Assembly: GCF_006345805.1 (NCBI RefSeq)
Contig: NW_021827147.1
Coordinates: forward strand, 1 to 10,989
Length of the DNA: 10,989 bases
Direction: 5' to 3'
Source: Octopus sinensis
Lineage: Eukaryota
How positions within the stretch are numbered: the first letter of the stretch is position 1; the number at the start of each line of letters is the position of its first letter. Positions 1 to 7,462 of this stretch are shown here, in pieces. The notes beneath the pieces are model-generated. The model had not been told where the DNA came from and did not search any database. It saw only the letters and a program-made list of their open reading frames with translations. Position numbers and translations under genes: made by a program.

Positions 1-76
1 AACAGAGAGAGAGAGAGAAGAGAACAGGTAAACAGAGATAGAGAGAGGGGGAGAAAGAGGGAGAGAAAGAGAGAAA
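1..76. repeat. Degenerate (GA)n / purine-rich simple repeat
   Basis: Runs of GAGAGA interrupted by AAC/AGG; purine-rich tract continues loosely to ~205. Confidence 0.85.
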
Positions 77-235
77 ACGAGTGGCACACTGTTGAGCAAA
101 AAGGTTAAGAGTAAGTGTGAAACGGAGAGCAAACAGTTTGATAGAGATGGAGATGGAGAAACTGAATAAAGTAGTGAGAAAGGGGAACAATGAGACAGAG
201 AGAAGTGAACAGGGAAAGGTGTCTTGATAGCGTCC

Positions 236-389
236 TTCCTTCCTTCCTTCTTTCTTTCCTTTTCCTTGACCGTGTGGTCATTGGGGCGTTCCTTGATGAC
301 ATCGCAACCAGATTTAATCTTTTCCCTCGGTCTTCTGCTGCCCTCTGCGAGTCGGGGAAATTGAGGCCTGACCACTCTTTGATGTTAAC
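236..389 (-). mobile_element. 3' terminus of an RTE-clade non-LTR retrotransposon (or RTE-tailed SINE), decayed
   Basis: Minus-strand translation from 389: VNIKEWSGLNFPDSQRAAEDRGKRLNLVAMSS..P, resembling the RTE ORF C-terminal motif (DNIKEWTGL.F..SQRA.E.R..WR.LV..SS.VP.RP.R, recalled consensus); followed directly by a (GAAG/GAAA)n tail at 236-266. Confidence 0.65.
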
Positions 390-1742
390 CTGGGCGACGA
401 CTGATCACATATGGGTTCTGACTTCACCCAGAATGTATCATCAGCAGTTTAGATTGGTGGCACCAATTTCTCTCCAAGCTGTCGGCCACAACCATATGCC
501 CCTGCCTCAGCTGGTTGACTCCTTCGGAAGACTTACCCAAGGGTTTTCCCCCACTAGTGCAGTGTTAACACCATTCCTTCACTCTATTCAGACTCCCCCA
601 TACCCACTTGATAGCTAACGAGGTGAAATAATTCCAAAAAATTTTTAGATTACCTCCCCTTGAATAATTAGTCGTCTGGTAGCAGGAGTAGGTAGGAGAG
701 TCTTTTTCTGTCTTTCTCCCGATACAGAAATATGCGACTGGTGTGGAAAAGGAGACTTGCATGAATGGGCACCTGCTAATCTTCCTTTAAAAGGTCCTGG
801 CCCAGGTTCACGCATGCAAATACAAATGCATGGCCAACCATGACCGAAAGAAGCATATATGGTTTAAACGTTACTCAGAGCTTTCTACCTCGCATAAGTT
901 GCCATTTTCTGACCCTACATAACGAGAAAATGAGCCGGTCTTGCCTTGACAACATCATTTCTATCATGTCCCGCCACAAATAAAAATATGCATCTCCACT
1001 GGCTATAGCCCAACAACCCACTTGCAGTTTCCGAGAGCAAGTCATTTGCCAACTGGAGAGTTTTGCATTTCCAAAGCTAAACGGTAAAGAATGAAGCTCG
1101 CTTCACGAGAAGGTGGCGACTTGAACAACACGGAGCTCACTACAAGTGATTGAACGATCGGTATACTCAACATTTAAATTCCTTTAGGCACTAAAAACTC
1201 CATTTCCATCTCCAGTTCCATTTTGTAGTATAGAGACCAACGACATCCATACAATAACCTGACATATTGTTGATAAACCACGCCATACGCCAGGGGATCG
1301 CTAAAATCCTGGCTTTGCCTGCATGAAAAGCGGATATGATATCTAAAGCATTCTAAAGATGTGATGTCTTTCAAAATGGAATCCGAAATTACTTCTTTCT
1401 GCAATCCTAACTGATTTCCAACAACCCAAGCAGGAAAATAATTCCAGGAAGAAACAAGAAGTTACCTCTCTTGGTAATGAAAGTTAATTCCAGCAGAGTT
1501 TCGTCATTTGTATCTCACTCTACGTTAAAGACTGTCTTGGTTTCCACTACGTGACCCAGCATCTCATTTGGAAGCTCAGCGTCCCAGGGATGTAAAAGGA
1601 GCCACCATTTAACCTCCACTTTTGGGGGTTATTTGTAGAATTAGTCACTTGTCTGTAGGTCTATGAAACACAAAATAATGGCTGAAGGACTCATCAACTG
1701 ATAACCTACAAATATACTAAACTCTATACTACGTATTGGGTG

Positions 1743-1947
1743 CTCTTGTGTCAGTCATGATGGGGCACCGCCTTGAATAGCTTACTCGATCAAATTGACC
1801 CTAGTTCATGATTTAGGACGATAGATATGGTACTATCGTCTCTTTTTATGGAATCGCTAATTTAAGAGAATATATACAATATAATACTGGTTATTAAGAA
1901 AAGCAAAAACACAGACACACACACACGCACGCACACAGACACTGACG

Positions 1948-2028
<81 letters not shown>

Positions 2029-2144
2029 CGAACTTCCGCACAAGGCATTGGTCGGCTAAAGGTATAGAGGACACTTTCCAAAGTGAACCCGAAATCCTTC
2101 GGTTGCCAAATGAACTTTTCAACGACATAGCCACATCTGCACAC
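1743..2144 (-). mobile_element. Near full-length, diverged tRNA-derived SINE with internal (GT)n microsatellite (copy A)
   Basis: 3' half (1743-1918) aligns to 6829-7020 in opposite orientation (GTGTCTGTGTTT; TTAGCG(A/G)TTC...AAAAGA; CT(A/G)GGGTC(A/G)ATTTG; GCGGTGC(C/T)CCA). 5' part (2028-2144) has an A-box-like TGGCTATGTCG and a truncated B-box-like GGGTTCA. Confidence 0.7.
1912..2027. repeat. (CA)n microsatellite, internal to SINE copy A
   Basis: Near-perfect CA array with a few CG/GA variants at the left end. Confidence 0.97.
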
Positions 2145-2165
2145 ACACACGCATATATATATATA

Positions 2166-2216
<51 letters not shown>

Positions 2217-2225
2217 CATACATAC
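2140..2225. repeat. Compound microsatellite (CA)n-(TA)n-(GA)n
   Basis: Three abutting dinucleotide arrays followed by short TACA repeats. Confidence 0.95.
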
Positions 2226-2471
2226 ATTGCAAAGAGGGATGAGAGAGAGAGGAGTATTGTAATTTACTTGAAGCTTTGTCATCTATAAATGATATCAATA
2301 TGTTAAAAAGACCTTTAATATGTAAAGTGATGTCATCAAATAGAGAAGATATTACATTATCTCACATACGGTGGTAAATGCTTTTATTATATTTCGAGAA
2401 AGATTCGCCTTATCAAAAATAAAAAAGAAAATAACCCCCAAATTCAGAGAAACATTGTTTTTCTTTTTCGT

Positions 2472-2620
2472 TTGTGTTGTGTGTGTTTGTATGCATGTGT
2501 GTGTAAGTGTGTGTGTGTGTGTGTAAGTGTGTGTGTGTGTAAGTGTGTGTGTGTGTGTGTGTTGTGTGCGTGTGTGTGTTGTGTGTGTGTGTTGTGTGCG
2601 TATGTGTGTATGTGTGTAGG
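2472..2620. repeat. Interrupted (GT)n microsatellite
   Basis: GT array with recurring TAA and GTTGT variants. Confidence 0.93.
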
Positions 2621-3131
2621 GGGTGTGATATATATGACTACACACATGCAATCAAAAGTTTAGATACTATGCTGATATTCTCGTTGTATATTCAATATTT
2701 ATCGGTAATACTGATTTTCAACATTTCAAAAAAAATTATTGATGTTAAAACCTTTTCTTTTGTGTATAATTTTACCCATAATGCAGCAGTACTGATCGAG
2801 AGTTTCGGATGCCTTCAATCAATACGGACCTAAGATTATTTCCTAAAATTCCCACCTAAACGGGTGCGTTTACTACCTGCTCCACACTAGAAAAATAACT
2901 GCATTGAAATACTTGCTGCCGAAGACTGCAGAATACATGTACCGATTCGTTTTTTTCTTTTCTTTTCAGAATCTCTTTGTCAAAACATGCTAAACATAAA
3001 TAACTTGTATATTGATATCATATATTAATATAATTCGATATTTTGTTCCTGAACATTTCTATGTGTGACATTCTGAGTCGTTTGCATTCTTTGCTAAGTT
3101 TAATATTTCCAAGATAATATATTTGTCAGTA

Positions 3132-3132
<1 letters not shown>

Positions 3133-3181
<49 letters not shown>
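3133..3181. repeat. (CA)n microsatellite
   Basis: Perfect CA array, 49 bp. Confidence 0.97.
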
Positions 3182-3183
<2 letters not shown>

Positions 3184-3203
3184 TTTATTATAACATAAAC
3201 TGA

Positions 3204-3500
3204 AGGCCCGTAGCCTAGTGGTTAAGGCGCTGCACTCACGATTGTTAGATCGAGGGTTCGATTCCCAGACCGGGATGTGTATTGTGTTCTTGAGCAGGAT
3301 CCTTCATTTCACACTGCTCCCGTCCACTCAGCTGTAAATGGGTCACCCCTGGTCACAGAATAACCTTTCGATCAGGGGTAATGTTGGCCTACTCACCTAG
3401 TCAGCGGTGGGAGAGAGGGGCATTATTCGAAAGGATAAAACAATGCGATGTATAACAAATCCGTTAGACTGGTCAATACTAAGATACCGTGATAACATGA
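3204..3500 (+). mobile_element. tRNA-derived SINE, second family (CORE/V-like central domain)
   Basis: tRNA-like head with A box TAGCCTAGTGG (3211-3221) and B box GGTTCGATTCC (3255-3265); central TGTGTTCTTGAGCAGG...CACTCAGCTGTAAATGGGT resembles conserved SINE central domains; no complete cloverleaf or CCA end, so not a tRNA gene. 3' boundary approximate; possible TSD ATAACAT(A/G)AA at 3190-3199 / 3492-3501. Confidence 0.8.
3211..3265 (+). promoter_or_regulatory. RNA polymerase III type-2 internal promoter (A box + B box) of the SINE
   Basis: Exact matches to TRGCNNARYGG and GGTTCGANNCC, separated by 33 nt. Confidence 0.75.
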
Positions 3501-4599
3501 ATTAATTAAACATCTTATAATTAAGAATTTAAATAAGTTTTCTTTAATTCAACTATTACCTTGTACTAATTAGTTAACTTCATATTGCCAAGTATTATGT
3601 AACCTACTTAGTGTAATTAACTAGAAGCACAGTTACTAATAACGTCAAACAACTGGAAGACTCCAATAAAAGATAGAACCGTCACAGATGAACTATTCGG
3701 ATTTAGAATTCAGCTGAATCAAGAATTTTGGTAAATCCTTACTGGAATCATAGAATCACCGAGACGTGACTCTTCTAATGAAATATAAACATGTTGCAGT
3801 TTTAATTATTGATTTCTGGTTTTAATCTTTTAAACCTGTTAATTATTCCATCTGTTGAAATCTTTAATCAACCAATTAAGCTTTCGAATCAGACAGGAAA
3901 TTAATTCTTATTTAATTAGCATTGAATTACTTAAACATCTTATCAACATGTATTAAATACATTTTATTTTAATATTTATTCGACAAAGTTTGGTAGCATC
4001 AAATATTGGTTCATTCTCAGATAAAACAGCCTGGGACGTTAATTCTTGTTATCATTCTTAATGTTGGAAATTAATTGCAATTTGATCAGATTTCAACCAA
4101 TTTCTTTCATTTTATTTCTTTGCTTTTTCTTTTCTTTTTAATGGAATATTTTTCTATACATAAAAATTAACTTTGGGCAATTCCATTGAATATGTGATAC
4201 GGTGCTTTCTACATATAGAAGCACGAATTTCGTTTTAGCAAAGGTATTAACAAGCCCCCATTGGGACGAAACAAGCACCAAACCCCACCACTACCACCAC
4301 TAGTGCGAAACGCATATGCCATTCCCGTGAGTCACTGCTGCGACGATGTCCAACTCCCGCTGATATATATTAGAGGTTTTAACACAACAAGTCTTTAAAG
4401 AAATGTTATCTCAGACCCAAACCATACCACCGTGCCTTTCAATGTTGTACATACATTTAATACGCCACACAGATGGTGATGTGTTTCTGTGTGTTTGAGT
4501 GTGTATACACGTTTATTTTTAACCAAAATTTTCCTCCACCCCATATTTTCATTTCTTGACATCTGACCTCACTTCTATATCATACACAAATTCCATCCC

Positions 4600-4700
4600 T
4601 CTCTCCCATCCCCTCTCTTTTTCTATCTTTATCTATTTAACTCTCTCTCTATCTATCTAAATATCTATCTATACATCTATCTCTCCCCTCTCTCTCTTAC

Positions 4701-4758
<58 letters not shown>

Positions 4759-4771
4759 ATCTATCTATCTA

Positions 4772-4852
<81 letters not shown>

Positions 4853-4864
4853 TATTATATATAT
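4600..4864. repeat. Compound microsatellite (CT)-rich / (TATC)n / (TA)n
   Basis: Degenerate CT tract to ~4700, TATC array 4701-4774, long TA array 4774-4864. Confidence 0.95.
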
Positions 4865-4970
4865 CCTCTCTCTGTCACCTTTCTCACCAGAGCCATTGCT
4901 TTCTCATTCCGGTGTGATAGAAATATAGCAACCAAACAGAAGTTGGCACGTGACTTTATTATGTTTTGTA

Positions 4971-5186
4971 ATATATAGAAAGCTGTTCTCTATAATATAC
5001 TCATAGATATAATATATTGTTATATATAGAATGTTGCTTTCTATAATATATTGTTCGCTCTAATATACTGTTCTATAAGGTATAGTGTTCTCTATATTAT
5101 GTTATTTATAGAATATTGTGTTCTATAGAAAATCTTCTATGTAGCATTGTTCTCTATAGTAGAATGTTCTCTATAGAATATTGTTC
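4971..5186. repeat. Degenerate minisatellite, unit ~ TATTGTTCTCTATAGA(A)
   Basis: About 11 variants of TGTT(C)TCTATA spaced roughly 15-25 bp apart. Confidence 0.7.
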
Positions 5187-5259
5187 ATCGCTAGGCATTG
5201 GTAAATCTCTTTTAACAACAAGCCTTATGAAATATTGTTCATATGGAGAACAGTGATCG

Positions 5260-5358
5260 CATACATACATATATACACATACACACATACATACACACAT
5301 ACATACATACATACATACATACATACATACATACATACATACATACACATACGCACGC
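5260..5358. repeat. (ACAT)n microsatellite
   Basis: CATA array with CA interruptions. Confidence 0.95.
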
Positions 5359-5656
5359 AAGTACCTTACATTAGACCAAACATAAAAATTTGATGGCGAA
5401 AAGTTTGATTAAAGATGAATGAATGAAAGGAATGAAATTGAATCGAATGAATTAACAGTAAATATTTAGTAAATAGTTATCTTTATATAGTCAGGATTTT
5501 ACATGTGACATACAAAATGTGATAATGTGCCGCACGGCACCCAAGCAGGCTCTATATACAACATAGTTCTGTATGAATGATTATTTTAACTTTATTTTAA
5601 ATTATTTTAAATTTCTATTTCTATGCTCATGTGTGATATAAATTCGAAGTAAAGGG

Positions 5657-5741
5657 CATACACACATACACACACATACATATACTGGCACACACACACA
5701 CGCACAAACACAGTCACACACACATATATACATGTATATAT
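5657..5741. repeat. Degenerate (CA)/(TA) microsatellite
   Basis: Mixed CACA/CATA/TATA runs. Confidence 0.8.
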
Positions 5742-5907
5742 AGACAACGAAATCTCAATATCCATAGTTTCGTCTGGGTTTGAGGTTTTCAGTGTATTTT
5801 TAACACTCGACGTGTTAACTGGACTTTTCTCTGGATAAATCCTGCAGCTAATAAGCGCTTACACAAAACACATACATTAGGTATATGGCATCGGTAATAT
5901 TCATATA

Positions 5908-6614
5908 TCCTTAAATCCTTAAAAATGTTTTAGCCCGAAGGCCGCGGCCATGCTGAATGAGCTACACTAATATGTGAATCCACCTCTGATACGTGGCACT
6001 TGATCAACAAGGGAGTTCGATGCTGCTGCCCGCATCTGCGTCTCCTGTCGTGAGGTAGGTTCATCTGGGACTCCCGACAAGAAGAGATCCAGTTTAGTTT
6101 TAAAGAAACCCACACCCACACCATGTAAGTCTCTCAGGCATTTAGGGAGGATGTTAAAGAGCTGTGGTCCTCTGAAACCCAAGCTGTTGCAGTATCTGGT
6201 CCTGTATTTTGATGGTGATGTTGGAATATTTGGCACCATGCAGTGGCGCCCCGTTCTGCGGTTGGAGTAACTTTGAATGCCAAAGTTTGGGACAAGACCC
6301 TCCAGGATTTTCCAGATGTATATCACCGCATATCTCTCCCGCCTCCGCTCTAGGGAGAAGAGGTTTAATACTTTCAGTCTTTCCCAGTAGCTGATATTTT
6401 GCATTGAGACGATTTTCTTTGTGTAGCTTCTCTGGATTGCTTCGAGTTCTGCTGTAAGTTTTATATTGTGTGGTGACCATAGTTGGGAGCAGTAGTCCAA
6501 GCGGCTGAGGACGAATGTTTTCCATAGGACCATCAGTGTCTCCTTCTCTCTTGTTCTGAAAGTTCGGAGAATCCATCCAGCTAGCCGTCTGCATTTTATC
6601 ACCAGATTAGTAAT
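5908..6614 (-). mobile_element. 5'-truncated CR1/L2-group LINE (3' end, RT thumb and C-terminal region plus short 3' UTR)
   Basis: Protein motifs CRRLAGWILRTF, SRLDYCSQLWSP, LEAIQRSYTKKI, SYWERLKVLNLFSLERRRERY match the post-RT region of CR1-like ORF2; ~60-nt 3' UTR with stem-loop; terminal 8-mer (TTTAAGGA)x2 at 5908-5923, the tail style known for CR1 elements. Confidence 0.9.
5967..6614 (-). pseudogene. C-terminal 215 codons of LINE ORF2 (reverse transcriptase polyprotein), no genuine start
   Basis: Real part of track ORF 5967..6863; codons 1-83 of that ORF are microsatellite read-through (HTHT/YIYI). Frame is open from ITNLV (6614) to TAG (5969-5967). Confidence 0.85.
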
Positions 6615-6835
6615 ATATATATATGTATATATATATATATATGTATGTATGATATATATATATATATATATAATATATATAATATATATATATATATATA
6701 TAAGCATATATACATATGCATGTTTGTATGTATATATACATAATATATATATATGTGTGTGTGTACGTGTGCGTGTGTGTGTGTGTGTGTGTGTATGTAT
6801 GTGAGTGTGTGTGTGTGCATATGTTTGTGTGTCTG
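6613..6835. repeat. Compound (TA)n-(TG)n microsatellite between LINE and SINE copy B
   Basis: TA-dominated 6613-6753, TG-dominated 6754-6835. Confidence 0.95.
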
Positions 6836-7035
6836 TGTTTGTTCCTTCAACATCGCTTGACAACCGATGCTGGTGTGTTTACGTCCCCGTAACTTAGCGG
6901 TTCGGCAAAAGATACCGATAGAATAAGTACTCGGCTTACAAAGAATAAGTCCTGGGGTCGATTTGCTTGACTAAAAGCGGTGCTCCAGCATGGCCACAGT
7001 CAAATGACTGAAACAAATAAGAGAGTAAAAGAGTA
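6829..7035 (+). mobile_element. 3' half of SINE (copy B), head missing
   Basis: Homologous to 1743-1918 (opposite strand); GATAGAATAAGTAC...CTGGGGTCGAT resembles Deu/Nin-type central domains (recalled); tail CAGCATGGCC + stem-loop CAGTC-AAAT-GACTG + imperfect 8-mers TAAGAGAG/TAAAAGAG. Confidence 0.75.
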
Positions 7036-7057
7036 TATATATGTGCGTGTGTGTGTG

Positions 7058-7099
<42 letters not shown>

Positions 7100-7126
7100 T
7101 GTGTATGTGTGTGTGTGTGTGTGTGT
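7034..7126. repeat. (TA)n-(GT)n microsatellite
   Basis: Short TA run followed by GT array. Confidence 0.95.
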
Positions 7127-7178
7127 AAATATTACATTTCTAAATCTCTGAGAGAGTTATGCAGTAACAGCACGATAA

Positions 7179-7462
7179 AGTGATGGCTTGTTGCCAACTT
7201 AATGTGGCAGTCCCAGCAAAGGGAAGAATATTACTGTTATTTAACCCAAAGAGACATCGTTTCTAGTTGGCTACGCGACAAAAGCATTCTGTGCGCTTAT
7301 GTTTTCAAACATGGGAGTGCTTATTTCCCCTGTTTAAAACATAAGGACACAGAACGATTGTGTCGCGTAGCCAATTAGAAACGGTGTTTCTTGAGGCTAA
7401 ATAACAGTAATATTCTTCCCTTTCCTGGGACTGCCACATTAAGTTGGCAACAAGCCATCACT
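7179..7462. mobile_element. 284-bp fold-back / MITE-like inverted repeat
   Basis: Arms 7179-7316 and 7326-7462 are reverse complements around a 9-nt loop; outer 38 bp perfect, outer 65 bp with one mismatch. The inverted repeat is certain; the MITE interpretation is inference (TA on the right, AA on the left). Confidence 0.7.

Noticed and set aside
438-444. CTGATGA on the minus strand (also CTGAGGA at ~6505, CTGAAGA at 10564-10558) as hammerhead cores
   Set aside because: No closable stem II followed by GAAA in any of them.
190-618. 142-aa plus-strand ORF
   Set aside because: Antisense to the RTE tail and a TTCC repeat; no recognisable domain.
1070-1570. Scattered RTE-like words on the minus strand (LLYGC.W ~1240, LALEM ~1075, M.LGHV ~1560)
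   Set aside because: Short, partly out of the expected order and not linked by a consistent frame; may be very old debris but needs a profile search (tBLASTn/HMMER against RTE ORFs).
1857-2833. Track ORFs with CVCV / HTHT / YIYI / SLSL runs (also 5154-5360, 6599-6853, 6980-7183, 7845-10399)
   Set aside because: Open only because dinucleotide and tetranucleotide repeats lack stop codons; no evidence of coding.
2948-3000. Strong plus-strand acceptor-like site TTTTTTTCTTTTCTTTTCAG (AG at 2968-2969)
   Set aside because: All frames close soon after and no convincing donor follows; cannot be supported without transcripts.
3204-3275. tRNA gene
   Set aside because: Acceptor and anticodon stems do not close properly and it continues into a SINE body.
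5741-5818. CTGAAAA...GACGAAAC on the minus strand and the hairpin TTAACAC-TCGAC-GTGTTAA (5800-5818)
   Set aside because: Core box is wrong and stem II does not pair; a 7-bp hairpin is expected by chance.
5930-6594. Alternative-frame ORFs 5930-6124, 6154-6594, 6209-6394
   Set aside because: Shadow frames of the LINE ORF2 fragment.
7179-7462. pre-miRNA or CRISPR-like interpretation of the hairpin
   Set aside because: Far longer than an animal pre-miRNA stem, and there is no repeat-spacer structure.
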